A stretch of DNA of 64,000 bases from Promethearchaeati archaeon SRVP18_Atabeyarchaeia-1 (GCA_037308085.1 CP147779.1:1920001-1984000), one strand, 5' to 3'; shown: positions 29,582-40,045, counted from the first letter of the stretch. Program-made: numbers and translations. The notes: generated by a model not told the origin, from the letters alone.

Positions 29582-29629
29582 TCGCCAGCTTATATATCAC
29601 GCTTGGGTATTGAGTAGCGGTGAAAACTA

Positions 29630-30145
29630 ATGGCTGACGAGGCTCGAATCGAAAGGAAGGCGGAGAACTCTGAGGAATCCGTCTTCAAGACAATAAGCAG
29701 CCCGAAGAGGAGAGACATCATACGCCTACTGGGCGAAAACACGGAGGCAACTTTTACCGAGATCAAGCACTCAACAGGGGAAGACAGCCCCTCCCTCTCC
29801 TACCATCTGAGTACGCTCGAGAAACTCGTTGAGCAAAGGGAAGGAAGGTACGCGCTATCTGAGCTGGGCCAGGAGGTATACAAACTTATGAACGAGATAA
29901 TTGCATCGACGTCAGGAACATCAATGATTGGATCTGCAAGGAAGGCAGTCGCAGCCATGATAATCGCCAACGCCATTCTCTGGGCGGCGGCGATATTATC
30001 CGTATCGGTATTTGAGGGGAGGCTGAGCATGATGACGCTCTACAGCTTCTCGGCACTCTGGTTTGTAAGCAACATTGCGCTTTACTCAATATCGAAGAAG
30101 CTGGAATGGAGTGGCACAAGCAAGGTTCACGATTCACAGGGGTAA
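29630..30145 (+). CDS. ArsR-like winged-HTH regulator with two C-terminal TM helices
   Basis: VFKTISSPKRRDII...LSYHL...Y.LSELG, then two hydrophobic helices; CTTATATA upstream. Confidence 0.8.
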   Translation: MADEARIERKAENSEESVFKTISSPKRRDIIRLLGENTEATFTEIKHSTGEDSPSLSYHLSTLEKLVEQREGRYALSELGQEVYKLMNEIIASTSGTSMIGSARKAVAAMIIANAILWAAAILSVSVFEGRLSMMTLYSFSALWFVSNIALYSISKKLEWSGTSKVHDSQG

Positions 30146-30170
30146 TAGAAGCACATGTACCGTCCACCAC

Positions 30171-30818
30171 TCATTTTTCTCTCTGCAATATATAGGGCAG
30201 CACGCTCCTCAAGTCCTTCCCCCTAATCGCGATATCTGCTTTCTGTTTCACCTGGTCATCGCTTGTGTTGAAGGCAATACTGATCCCTGCCTCTTCGAAC
30301 AGGGGGATATCGAATCTACTGTCTCCTATTACCGCACAGTGGTCGGCGCTTGTCCCGCGCTCGGAAGCGAGTCGCCTGAAGACGTCAACCTTCCCCAGCA
30401 AGGGGACAACTTCCTCACCCTCGCCTGTCAATACTCCATTTTCGTCGGCAACCAAGCCATTGGCTAGCGAGCAGTCTATCCCAAGCTTCTTCTGGAGGCG
30501 ATCCGCAAGAATGGATATTCCAGCACTGATTATGGCAGTATAGCACCCAGCCCTCTTGAGCTTGGCTACCGTGGCCTTCGCTCCCCTCGTTATTCGAACA
30601 CCATCAAGGACCCTTTCAATTTCGCTGATGTGGACTCGCCCCCAGCGCCGAATATCTCTCCGCATCAGCTCTCCAAAATCAATTTCACCCGCCAGGTACC
30701 TACTGAGGTTGTCGTTCCTACCAACCTTGAATGCACTATGAACGCAACCCCAACTGCTATCATTGTCAACTAGTACGCCGTCCATATCAAAGACCACGAT
30801 TTCGACACGGCCTCTCAA
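30171..30818 (-). CDS. HAD-IB phosphatase (phosphoserine phosphatase-like)
   Basis: FDMDGVL, IISAG, K, IGDSRFD. Confidence 0.88.
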   Translation of the reverse strand: MRGRVEIVVFDMDGVLVDNDSSWGCVHSAFKVGRNDNLSRYLAGEIDFGELMRRDIRRWGRVHISEIERVLDGVRITRGAKATVAKLKRAGCYTAIISAGISILADRLQKKLGIDCSLANGLVADENGVLTGEGEEVVPLLGKVDVFRRLASERGTSADHCAVIGDSRFDIPLFEEAGISIAFNTSDDQVKQKADIAIRGKDLRSVLPYILQREK

Positions 30819-30926
30819 TTGAAAACACCAGTTGCACTCTGTTCAAGACTTATCGACGGATTAGCCACGGGTAGGACAAACGCTCAGTCAGACCCTGGGC
30901 ACACGAGACGCACCCGGATCAGATTG

Positions 30927-32537
30927 CTAACTATTACTGGTTCCGTGGAGCCAGCTTCTGGATTTCTTTGAGATTACTGCTTTATCAGGGTTTATTCCAT
31001 GCCAACTTATCTCATACCCCAGCTGGCTGAGGAGGGCTTGAGGGCTCCTTATTCCAATTTCCTCTATTAGTTTCGACGCCGCGAATAGAGTCACAGCTCC
31101 GTTCGCTAGGAGAGTTTCGAACCTTTCGTCGATTTCCTTTAGCAGACTTTCTGAGACTAACTGGTCGCCGACCTTGACGTAGCCTGTGTGGGGTCTCTCC
31201 TCAATATCCTTCATTAGGGCTTCAACTGGAACATCCATTTGGCGAGAAAGATCCTTCAAATCAACCACATCCCCTTCAAGTTTCAACTCGATTTCCGAAA
31301 CCTTCTTGAGCTGCTTCGAGAAGACGTCAAATTCGATCTTCTTCAAGCGGTCCAGAATCGGTTTCAACGCGACGCTCTTGTCGAAGAACACAACGTCAAC
31401 GGGCAAACCTGACAGTTTTCTTGAGGCGCCAAGCTTCTTGTCTACAGCAATAATCATGTTGGGCACCGAGAGCTGCCTTATCTTCTGGATTTTCCTTTCA
31501 AGGTATTCCTTCGTCCAGAATCCGACTATTTCAAGATAGACTTTTACGCCGTCCTTCTCAAGGCTGAAGTCAGGTATCATCACTGTCCCAATACTCGTCA
31601 CAAGAGGTTCTGGTTCCCTTTGGATCTTCCAACCGGACCCGAATGCCACAAAGTCTCTCCAAAACTTTTCCTCGATCGCGCTGTCAAACGTTCGGATTGG
31701 TTCGACGGCGTGCTCACTCGGTGCCTCAATTTGGCCCTTGATTTCTCTGCAGTCTAGTTCAAACCCGTAGATCCGGGGAAACCCCTCTCTTCGCCTCAAT
31801 ATATCTGCCCTAATCTTCCAGTACTCACTCTCAAGTATTACCGGCAAGAGTTTGGCGATGGAGGTGCCGTACTTCTCGGTCATCTTCATTAGGGCCATTG
31901 GCCCCTCCACGGTTATCTCGTAGTCGTCTGCTCCCAGGTACTCAACGAAGTACATGAGCCCGAGCCGCTTGATGCTTCTGAAGATGTTCTTGAAGCTCCC
32001 CCTCCTGACAGTAAACTCCACCCTAACCGCTTTGAATAGTAATGTCTGCGTCAAGCCCAGATTATAGTATCTTATTAAAGCGCCATCGTCCACGGGATAG
32101 AATTGCCTAAGCTTGAGGTTCTCATCGAAGTCAGACCACAGTGACTTTTCAAGATCTTGAGTTGTGGTTCCGAGCTCCTTGGCCGCCCTACCCATAATCT
32201 CAGCCCTTTTCTCTCGGCTTGTGGGAAGGCCGAGATTGGCGGCCAGAGTGAAGACCAGCCTCCTTGCCGGTCTCGGGTCAACTGGGCTGCTCGCCTCGAA
32301 GACGCATCTCCGCATCAGGAGGGTTCCTAGCCCTCGTATCAGCCTGTAATCATAGTGGCCTTCGTTTTCTAGTTTTTCCAGCTCCCCGTATATCTCTTCC
32401 TTGTTTTGTCCTATCGCATTCTCAAATGTCCCCGAAAGTCTTCTGGCAAGGTTGAGAGTCTCATGCGTGAGAGGAGCGTATCTCGGTCTTATCTTGCCCC
32501 TCACGAACGTCGTGATCAAGAGATTATTGGGGAGCAT
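30927..32537 (-). CDS. bax1: Bax1 (DUF790) endonuclease
   Basis: YNLGLTQTLL, FDSAIEEKF, IPDF, EIVGFWTKEYL; overlaps xpb. Confidence 0.92.
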   Translation of the reverse strand: MLPNNLLITTFVRGKIRPRYAPLTHETLNLARRLSGTFENAIGQNKEEIYGELEKLENEGHYDYRLIRGLGTLLMRRCVFEASSPVDPRPARRLVFTLAANLGLPTSREKRAEIMGRAAKELGTTTQDLEKSLWSDFDENLKLRQFYPVDDGALIRYYNLGLTQTLLFKAVRVEFTVRRGSFKNIFRSIKRLGLMYFVEYLGADDYEITVEGPMALMKMTEKYGTSIAKLLPVILESEYWKIRADILRRREGFPRIYGFELDCREIKGQIEAPSEHAVEPIRTFDSAIEEKFWRDFVAFGSGWKIQREPEPLVTSIGTVMIPDFSLEKDGVKVYLEIVGFWTKEYLERKIQKIRQLSVPNMIIAVDKKLGASRKLSGLPVDVVFFDKSVALKPILDRLKKIEFDVFSKQLKKVSEIELKLEGDVVDLKDLSRQMDVPVEALMKDIEERPHTGYVKVGDQLVSESLLKEIDERFETLLANGAVTLFAASKLIEEIGIRSPQALLSQLGYEISWHGINPDKAVISKKSRSWLHGTSNS

Positions 32538-33891
32538 CGTGCTTCTCCTCCACCAAATTCCTCTTCCTTCTCCAGCTCATCCACGTCTCAGAGGTCTTCT
32601 TTGAGACGACCTCTATCAGTTTGGCCTTCTTCCCTTCCCTTTTTCTGAGGATTCTTCCCAGGCGTTGAATGAACTCTCTTGAGGAGCCCGTTCCGCTCAG
32701 GATGACGGCCCTCGTGGCGTCGGGGACATCGACTCCTTCGTCCAGGACTCTTGACGTGACTACTGCTTTGTATTTGCCTTCCCTAAAAGTGTCAAGTATC
32801 TCCGTCCTTTCGTCCTTCGGAGTCAAGTACGTGATACATGGGACCAGGAATTCGGCGGAGATCATGTGGACCAGCTTATTGTGGGCAGTGAACACTATTG
32901 TGGGCTCGTTAGGATTCCTGGACAGGATTTCTCGGAGAGCAGAGATCTTTGACTTCGAGTTAAGGGCTATTCCAAGAGCTCTATTCCTCGCTATGAGGGC
33001 TTTCCTTGCGCTTGGATCCTTGTTGGTCATCATGATGAACCTCGTGAAGTCGGTCGGTGAACTCATAGGTATGCCCTTCAGCTCCACGTAATCCCTGAAG
33101 ACCTTGTAGAGTCTTTGATACTCAGCCTCCTCTTCAGGCGCCAGGTCGACGGAAACTTTTTCAGTCTCGAATGGAGAAAGGTGTGTCCCCACGAGATCGC
33201 GCACACCTAATTCGAATACCTTCCCCCCGACGAGACGAGGAAGATCCGTATGCAACCCATCTTCCCGCTCGTAAGTTGCAGTTAATCCAAGCCTGCAGGG
33301 ACAGGCGAACACCTCAGCAATGTGGGAGTAACCAGTACTGGGCAAATGGTGCACCTCATCAAAAATAACCAGGCCAAACCTGTTCCCCAGTTCCTCCCCC
33401 CTGATATAGGCAGAGTCGTACGTCGATACAGTCAAGGCTTCTAGCCTATATTCTCCTCCTCCGTAAACGCCAACCTGCACAGCGAACTCCTTCTCCAGAT
33501 ACCTGCGCCATTGCTCCACGAGATCCAAAGTTGGAACAACGACTATCGTCGGCGTGTCAAGGTGCGCTATTGCTGCAACGCCAATCGCAGTCTTTCCCGC
33601 CCCTGTAGGCAGCACTATGACTCCTCTTGCCCCAACCTTAAGCCAAGCGTCTAGGGCATCCCTCTGGTAGGATCTCAGCTCGAGCTTACACTCAAGGTGC
33701 GGACACGGTAAAAGGTCCATGACCTTGTCAACGTAAGGTATCCGACTTCTCTTCAGATATTCGGCTATGTCAGCATAATCCACAGCCAGCGCCTTAGAAG
33801 AGTGAGAACGTGGATCGAACGTGGATTTAGGAACCCTATAATCACCGCTCACAACAATGATGCCTCTATCATACTGCAGATTCACGGCCAA
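32524..33891 (-). CDS. xpb: XPB/Rad25 SF2 helicase
   Basis: LRSYQ, LPTGAGKT, DEVHH, LGLTAT, DEGVDVP, QRLGR; start inferred. Confidence 0.93.
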   Translation of the reverse strand: MAVNLQYDRGIIVVSGDYRVPKSTFDPRSHSSKALAVDYADIAEYLKRSRIPYVDKVMDLLPCPHLECKLELRSYQRDALDAWLKVGARGVIVLPTGAGKTAIGVAAIAHLDTPTIVVVPTLDLVEQWRRYLEKEFAVQVGVYGGGEYRLEALTVSTYDSAYIRGEELGNRFGLVIFDEVHHLPSTGYSHIAEVFACPCRLGLTATYEREDGLHTDLPRLVGGKVFELGVRDLVGTHLSPFETEKVSVDLAPEEEAEYQRLYKVFRDYVELKGIPMSSPTDFTRFIMMTNKDPSARKALIARNRALGIALNSKSKISALREILSRNPNEPTIVFTAHNKLVHMISAEFLVPCITYLTPKDERTEILDTFREGKYKAVVTSRVLDEGVDVPDATRAVILSGTGSSREFIQRLGRILRKREGKKAKLIEVVSKKTSETWMSWRRKRNLVEEKHDAPQ

Positions 33892-34272
33892 CTCGTGCTC
33901 ACCCAATCCGACAATCCAAAACGCTTGCCCGACTGTGCATCCCGGCGGCGTGCGCCTCAAGTGAAACCTAAGAAGTTCGGCAGTACTTAAGCGTTCCATT
34001 TGAAACGCCGACCCGAATAGTTCGCTGACGCGGCCTTCCGCATTCCGCGGTATACCTCTTCGGAGCAAGCGTGAGTCCCGCTGGGAAATGGGCGAATGTG
34101 GAGTGCTCAAAGACCCTTTCTTCTGCTTCCTTCGAGGGTACTTCCGATGGCTGGCTTTGTCTCAGGTAGCCTATCCTTTGGGGCGAGACAGGAGAGGCGC
34201 GCTATCAGGTTTTTAAGGAGGCGGATAGCTAGAAGTAATGACAGAAGGGAACAGAATAGATTGGTGGAGCAA

Positions 34273-34770
34273 ATGGATCGAGAGCAAATTCTCGCACAGC
34301 TCCGAGAAAATGGGCCAAGGCTTAACCGGGAATATGGCGTTTCGCTGATAGTCCTATTCGGGTCAGTAGCATCAGGTTACTCAGCCAAGGGAATGAACCT
34401 ATCAAGCGATATCGACATAGCGATCTACTTGTCAGCTGGCAAACAAGATGGGCGAAGGAGTGACAGACTCGGTTCCAAACTTGATGACTACCTATTCGAT
34501 GCACATTTGTTGCTCATAGGGGAGTTCACAGACCTTCTTCGCACAGACTCGGTTGACGTTGTCTTGATAAACGAGTCCCCTGCTGCGCTCAAATATGAGA
34601 TCTTCACCAAGGGCATCCTTGCATACCAGGGAAACGAGACAGAGTACGAAGACCAGTATCTAGCCGCGACCGAGGAATACTATGACCTTATGCCGATGCT
34701 TCAGGACAAGCTCAAGGAAGCCCAGGAATACCTGTCAGAAGGACGAAGCGGAGGAACCCCAACTTGGTGA
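34273..34770 (+). CDS. mntA: MntA-like minimal nucleotidyltransferase (antitoxin)
   Basis: LFGS...SDIDIA (14-residue spacer), VDVVLIN, LKYEI. Confidence 0.85.
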   Translation: MDREQILAQLRENGPRLNREYGVSLIVLFGSVASGYSAKGMNLSSDIDIAIYLSAGKQDGRRSDRLGSKLDDYLFDAHLLLIGEFTDLLRTDSVDVVLINESPAALKYEIFTKGILAYQGNETEYEDQYLAATEEYYDLMPMLQDKLKEAQEYLSEGRSGGTPTW

Positions 34771-35192
34771 GCAATCCATCTGTTGAAGAACGAACCAAGC
34801 TCGTCGCCGATTACCTTCGCAAGCTGGAGTTAATCGCCAACAAGAGCCAAACCGAGTTCCTCGGTGATCCATTCATTTCAGACGCCGCGGAGAGAAACCT
34901 GCAGCTCACAATCGAGGCGGTAGCTGATTTAGGCAACTTCATAATTAGGAGAAAGGGTTTTGAAACTCCGCAATCCTATCAAGACATCTTTAGAATCCTA
35001 TGCGAGAACGGTGTTGTTCCGATATCAATGAAAGAAAACCTTGTGCAAATGGCAAGATTCAGAAACCTTCTCGTTCATGGATACGCGAGAATAGACAAGA
35101 GGAGAATATACACCATCACTAAGACCAATCTCAATCAGCTGAAGGATGTTGCATCGAGGCTGAGCCAAACCGCCATGGCGCTTAACAAGTGA
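34764..35192 (+). CDS. hepT: HepT-like (DUF86) HEPN RNase toxin
   Basis: AAERNLQ; FRNLLVHGY matches Rx4HxY. Confidence 0.9.
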   Translation: MVSNPSVEERTKLVADYLRKLELIANKSQTEFLGDPFISDAAERNLQLTIEAVADLGNFIIRRKGFETPQSYQDIFRILCENGVVPISMKENLVQMARFRNLLVHGYARIDKRRIYTITKTNLNQLKDVASRLSQTAMALNK

Positions 35193-35325
35193 CCTTGTCA
35201 TGTAACCTCTTCCCACGGCTTGCCAGTGGGCCTTCCGTTTCGTTCGCCCTGTGTTCGCGCGTCGTTGCGCTACTCCTCTGAATTTTAGGGGCTGACAGAG
35301 GGAACAGCGGGCCACTGTTCGTGCT

Positions 35326-35796
35326 TCATGAAGATTCCTCGCATGGAGACCCCTCAACTTGTTGAGGGGAGGAAATGCGATCCTTTCTTGGTCTCCCAAC
35401 AGTCCGCTGCCTTTGCTCCTGAACGTAGCGCCTGACGGTATCCTCGGAGACATATCCGACCGTACCGATGTAGTAGCTGGGACTCCAGATGTGGCCATGC
35501 TGGAACATCGTGCGCAGTGCCGAGTGCCTCTCGAAAAGAACCTTGGCTGTCGTACCCTTCAAGACCTTCACTATTCCGGTAGGAGACTCACTTGGTGGTG
35601 CCTCGATGAAGAGGTGAATATGGTCCGGCATCACCTCCATGGACTTTATGCTCCATTCGCGGGCCTCAGCTATTGAGCATAATGAGGTTCGCAAGGTTCT
35701 CAGCACGGACCCGGGCAGACTCTTCCTGTACTTAGGGCACCACACAATGTGGTAGGCGACCTCCCAGACGGCGGATGTGCCTCGGTGCACCTGCAC
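35326..35796 (-). CDS. tnpA: IS200-family Y1 HUH transposase
   Basis: YHIVWCPKYRK, PDHIHL, WSPSYY, VRRYVQEQ. Confidence 0.95.
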   Translation of the reverse strand: MQVHRGTSAVWEVAYHIVWCPKYRKSLPGSVLRTLRTSLCSIAEAREWSIKSMEVMPDHIHLFIEAPPSESPTGIVKVLKGTTAKVLFERHSALRTMFQHGHIWSPSYYIGTVGYVSEDTVRRYVQEQRQRTVGRPRKDRISSPQQVEGSPCEESS

Positions 35797-35819
35797 GTTA
35801 CCATACCTCCGCAAGAGAA

Positions 35820-35841
35820 ATATATACCATATGGTATATAT
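35820..35841. promoter_or_regulatory. Perfect 22-bp palindrome between divergent tnpA and tnpB (back-to-back TATA-like boxes)
   Basis: ATATATACCATATGGTATATAT is its own reverse complement. Confidence 0.7.
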
Positions 35842-35849
35842 ATCCCTTT

Positions 35850-36875
35850 ATGCTGCGAACCATCACCGTCAAGCTGGAAGATAACCAAGCCGTTACGAAC
35901 ACCGTTAGATGTTTCAACGAGTGCTGCAACTTCTTTCGCAGGGTCGGCTTTGACAGCAAGACATACTCGAAGTGGGTGCTTCAGGCGCTGGGCTACAGGG
36001 AAGCAAGGAGAAGGTGGCCTTGCCTTCAGTCGTCACTCGTTCAAGGGGCGCGCGACTGCGCTTGTGATATGCTGAGGCACGAGGAGCTTAGGGGACTCCC
36101 GTTCAAGAAGCCTTGGTCAAGTGCACGCTTCAATCAGCGGACATTCAAGGCATACCTGGACAGTGCTTGTCTATCACTCGCAACAGTCAATGGCCGACAG
36201 AGGATACCCATTAGGATCCCTGAATACTTCCTAGTCTACTCTGGTGGCGGAATCGTGTCCCTTCGCATTAGGCTAAGTAAGGGTGCACTCTGCGCAGATC
36301 TCGTGATCGAGCTGCCCGCTGCTGCTATTCCGAATAAGGTACGGAACGGACCACCCGTGGTGCTTGGCGTTGATAGAGGAATAACTAATGCTGCAGTCTC
36401 CTCCAACGGAGCATTCTTCAATTCAAGGGCGATCAGAAGGGTTCGTGGCAGGTATGCGTATCTGCGTGGGAGGTTGCAGGCCGCAGGCACCCGCTCGGCG
36501 AGGCGCCACCTCAGGCGACTGTCGGGGCGGGAGAGACGGTTCCAAGCCGACACCAACCACTGCATCGCTAAGCAGATTGCCGCCATGGACTACGATGTCC
36601 TGGCGCTCGAGGAGTTGGGGATAAGGAGAAGGAAGCCACAGGGGCCAAGGTTCAACCGGATGCTCGGGGGCTGGGCATACGCTAAACTCGGAGCCTTCCT
36701 CAAGTACAAATGTGAGGATAAGGGGAAGAGAGTTGTGCTCGTTCCGCCTGAGAACACCAGCCGCACATGCTCTCGTTGTGGAGCGTTCGGAAGGCGGCAT
36801 GGCAGCACGTTCAGTTGCCCGTCGTGTGGCATTGTCCTGAACGCTGACTTGAACGCTGCGCGAAACATCGCCTAG
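35850..36875 (+). CDS. tnpB: Compact TnpB (341 aa)
   Basis: LGVDRG, LALEEL, CSRC/CPSC, NADLNAARNI. Confidence 0.95.
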   Translation: MLRTITVKLEDNQAVTNTVRCFNECCNFFRRVGFDSKTYSKWVLQALGYREARRRWPCLQSSLVQGARDCACDMLRHEELRGLPFKKPWSSARFNQRTFKAYLDSACLSLATVNGRQRIPIRIPEYFLVYSGGGIVSLRIRLSKGALCADLVIELPAAAIPNKVRNGPPVVLGVDRGITNAAVSSNGAFFNSRAIRRVRGRYAYLRGRLQAAGTRSARRHLRRLSGRERRFQADTNHCIAKQIAAMDYDVLALEELGIRRRKPQGPRFNRMLGGWAYAKLGAFLKYKCEDKGKRVVLVPPENTSRTCSRCGAFGRRHGSTFSCPSCGIVLNADLNAARNIA

Positions 36876-37119
36876 CGGGGCATAACCCTGCTGAGCTGGC
36901 TGACCGTCAACCAGCCAATCGTAGCGGGCGATGATGCGAAACATGCGGGAACGGTCGCAGAGTCCAGCTGCAAGCCCCCTGTTTCAACAGGGGGTAGTTG
37001 ACTTATGAAGGAGCGTCCTCAATAGTAGTACCACTTGAGTATCCTGCTCCATGTAGCGCAGGCGGTGGTCGGAGACGTCTAGGCTTCAGGGAATACCAGA
37101 GAGAAAGAATCGGAGAAAA

Positions 37120-37437
37120 GTGACACTAGAATCAGCTCTAATCTTGATTGTAAAGCAACTGCGAGAAATGGGCGCTTTGAGAATCATTCTCTTCGGGTCA
37201 CTCGCGACCGGCGAAGTTGACGTTAACAGCGACATAGATATTCTTGTGGTTATGCCCGAAACCAAGAACGGGAAGGAATGGTCGAGACTCGTCTACGACT
37301 GTGTTGAAAGAGGCGCCGCCTCAGATATCGTCGTCTTCAACAGAAAAGAGTTTGAGACGGAACTTCTAATTAACAGCTTTCTAAGACGGATAATAGACAC
37401 GGGTAGGGTTGTCTATGAAAAGGCCAGCCAAAGATGA
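37120..37437 (+). CDS. Minimal nucleotidyltransferase
   Basis: LFGSLATGEVDVNSDIDIL (GSx10DxD). Confidence 0.9.
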   Translation: MTLESALILIVKQLREMGALRIILFGSLATGEVDVNSDIDILVVMPETKNGKEWSRLVYDCVERGAASDIVVFNRKEFETELLINSFLRRIIDTGRVVYEKASQR

Positions 37438-37831
37438 ATCCATAAGATGGCTCACACAGGCGGAAGACGAATTCGTGGACGCCGATGATCTTAGGAAAAG
37501 GGGAAGATTCTACCTTGCTCTATTCCACTTCCAACAAGCTGCTGAGAAAGCTGTGAAGGCGTACCTCTACCTGAAGACGAAGTCAATCGAAGTCTTCTAC
37601 ACAGAGTCCTTGGACGACCTTCTCAAGATGGCTGTCGAGGCAGACAAGAGCTTCGCCAGAATTGAGCAGGCAAAGAAGCTGGACAGGTACTACTTCCCCA
37701 CCCGCTACCCAAGTGGACTACCGGGAGGAGTTCCCTCAAGATACTTCGATGATCCAAAGGAAGCGGAGGAAGCGATGCTACTCGCCAAAGAGGTTATTGA
37801 CCTCGTCAAGAAAGAGTTAAAGGAGAGATAG
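37415..37831 (+). CDS. HEPN domain protein
   Basis: WLTQAEDE, FHFQQAAEKAVKA, YFPTRYP; overlaps the MNT gene. Confidence 0.9.
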   Translation: MKRPAKDESIRWLTQAEDEFVDADDLRKRGRFYLALFHFQQAAEKAVKAYLYLKTKSIEVFYTESLDDLLKMAVEADKSFARIEQAKKLDRYYFPTRYPSGLPGGVPSRYFDDPKEAEEAMLLAKEVIDLVKKELKER

Positions 37832-38002
37832 GGCCAGATTTTTGCCGTATGCCTCTTCATGTAGCATCAAGCAAGGTTGGCTATCACCGCGGGGGGGTTG
37901 TATCGAATTGACTTGGAGCGGCCTGCGCTTCGACGGTTGCGCGAATGTCACGCCAAGCTACATGAGAGCTGAGCCAAGTCCACACGTGGCTTTCCGATTT
38001 CC

Positions 38003-38545
38003 CTATTTGCCTGCCTTCCGGACCATTTTCATGACTTCTCTCATGAATGCGGGCAGGTCGCCGGGATACCTTGACGTTACCAGGTTGCCGTCGACGACGA
38101 CCTCTCTGTCCTCGTAGATTCCTCCAGCCTGCTTGATCTCGTCCGGCACCTTGTCTCCCCAGAAACTGGTGGCGTGTCTCCCCTTGATCACCCCAGCTGA
38201 AATAAGCGTGTACGGGCCGTGGCAGATTGCTCCGACAGGTTTGTCTGCTTCAAAGAATGCTTTTGCCACGCTTCTTGCTTTGGGGCTATTCCTCACTGTG
38301 GTCGGCGCTCCCTTTGGCGTTCCTCCCGGCAAAATTAGTAGGTCATAGTCTTTGGGATCAACTTCCTCAAAGGTCTTCTCTACCTTCAGCTGGTAGCCGT
38401 GCTCGCCACTTATGACACCCTTCCCGGGCGCTGCTACGTGAACTTGTGCTCCCTCCTCGAGCAGACGGTAGTAGGGGTAGAAGACTTCCATATCCTCAAA
38501 TTCGTCTGCGGTGAGAATTACGGCCGTTATCTTTTTTCCTACCAT
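38003..38545 (-). CDS. pfpI: PfpI/DJ-1 family (type 1 glutamine amidotransferase fold) protein
   Basis: FEDMEVFYPYYRL, LPGG, AICHGP, VVDGNLVTSR. Confidence 0.93.
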   Translation of the reverse strand: MVGKKITAVILTADEFEDMEVFYPYYRLLEEGAQVHVAAPGKGVISGEHGYQLKVEKTFEEVDPKDYDLLILPGGTPKGAPTTVRNSPKARSVAKAFFEADKPVGAICHGPYTLISAGVIKGRHATSFWGDKVPDEIKQAGGIYEDREVVVDGNLVTSRYPGDLPAFMREVMKMVRKAGK

Positions 38546-38699
38546 ACTCTCCGGTCGCCTCCATCAAGCTCAGTCAGGACCTTGCACACCTTTGGCTTCA
38601 TGACGGGGATTTCCATCCTTATTGCATACAACGCCAGTGCACATAGGTACACGATGTAACATGAACGTGACCAATGCCGTATGAGGCTTTCTATTCTTT

Positions 38700-40045
38700 G
38701 TCAGTTACCCACTGCTGAAGCTTGTGGGCTTGCAACTCGGGGTTGTCTGGCGCGGCCTTTCAAACCCTTCACCTTGCCAAACGCGCCTACTGACGGAGGC
38801 GCTCCCCTCAGGAAACTGGCCCATCTTGTAGGTGCTGGATGTGTCTTGCGTTTGGGCCGCCCTGAGGGCGATGTTGAGGCTCGCAGCGCGGTCACGGTTC
38901 GCCTCATAGCCACACGCTCTACACTTGAAGTAGGAGTACCCACGCCAGTTCGCCTTACTCGTGTACGCACAGTAGGGGCACATCTGAGACGTGTACCTGG
39001 GATCAATCTCAACCAGCAGCACTCCCTGTCTCTCAGCTATGTGTCTGAGGGCGTGTCTGAGGAAGCCGTAGGGGGTGCGGTTCACCTTCCTGCGGCTCGC
39101 TGCGCTCCACTCGCCCCGCCTCTTCCTGAGGTGGCTCAGCTTCTCGATGGCGATGCTAGCGCCGCGTGCTTCTGCCTGCTGCACGATCTGGTTGGCGACG
39201 AGCCAGATGCTCGTCCGCGTATAGTTCCTCTGCCTCTTGCCAAGGCGCTTAAGCTTTAGCCCGGCCTTGCTCCTCGACGAGGTGTCCCTGAGCTGCTGGA
39301 GTGCTGCACGCCTCTTCTCGAAGTTGAACTGCCTTGTGGAGACTTCCTCCCCATAGTAGGTCTGCTTCAGGACGCCAACGCCTGGACCTACTGTGGAGGT
39401 GGCGATCCTGGGGCTGTTCACATCCACCCCCAGCCAGTTGCGCCTCACCTGAGACGCGGGCATCTCCTTAGAGAGGGCGGCGAGGAACCTCAATCCCCTC
39501 TTCATAATGATGCTGGTCAGCTTCCAGCCTTGGGAGAGGTGTGCTTGGAGGCGCTGGTAGGCGCCATCCCTGCTGAGCGGCAGGCCTATCCTCTCGGCGC
39601 TTGTCCTCAGAGCGAGGACAGGGTTTCCTCTCTTGGTCTGCTTGAAGCTGAAGAGGCGCGAGTCGAAGCGGACGATGCACCCCTCCACGCCCCTGCTCGC
39701 GGTCTTCCTTATGCTCCACGCGTGGCTTGTTGCCTCAATCACGAGTTGGGATGCTATATTGTGCTCCGCCCTGAGCCTCGCGTAGGTCTTTCTGTGGAGC
39801 TGGCCTCTGCTCTTGGCGCCGCCAAGGCTGCAGAGCACACCCCTCACCATCTCCAAGTACGTGGCATACGTCTTCCTGAGGATTCTTCTCTTCTTCCCCG
39901 TTGGTTCCAAGAGGTTTAGAGGCAGGCACTTATTCATAGTATCCCTAGAGGATGTTAGGGTGCAAGGTATTTAAGGCGCCCAACCGGCATGCCGCTGCGA
40001 TTCCTCCCACCCCTGAAGGACGTGGGCTTCCTAACAACGACTACT
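38700..40045 (-). mobile_element. tnpB-only IS1341-type element, copy 2 (1346 bp)
   Basis: Same ends and length as copy 1; preceded by TCAC on the minus strand. Confidence 0.93.
38705..39937 (-). CDS. tnpB: TnpB (410 aa), close paralogue of 28344-29576
   Basis: Intact D/E/D motifs and zinc ribbon. Confidence 0.95.
   Translation of the reverse strand: MNKCLPLNLLEPTGKKRRILRKTYATYLEMVRGVLCSLGGAKSRGQLHRKTYARLRAEHNIASQLVIEATSHAWSIRKTASRGVEGCIVRFDSRLFSFKQTKRGNPVLALRTSAERIGLPLSRDGAYQRLQAHLSQGWKLTSIIMKRGLRFLAALSKEMPASQVRRNWLGVDVNSPRIATSTVGPGVGVLKQTYYGEEVSTRQFNFEKRRAALQQLRDTSSRSKAGLKLKRLGKRQRNYTRTSIWLVANQIVQQAEARGASIAIEKLSHLRKRRGEWSAASRRKVNRTPYGFLRHALRHIAERQGVLLVEIDPRYTSQMCPYCAYTSKANWRGYSYFKCRACGYEANRDRAASLNIALRAAQTQDTSSTYKMGQFPEGSASVSRRVWQGEGFERPRQTTPSCKPTSFSSG

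Larger units (their letters stand above)
35330..37002 (+). mobile_element. Complete IS605-type element with divergent tnpA and tnpB; predicted target TCAT, right end TGAC
   Basis: LE hairpin GAGA-CCCCTCAAC..TTGAGGGG; RE CAAG-CCCCCTGTT..AACAGGGGG-TAGTTGAC. Confidence 0.88.

Noticed and set aside
30927-33891. XPB-Bax1 pair as a novel helicase-nuclease system
   Set aside because: Well-described archaeal repair module.
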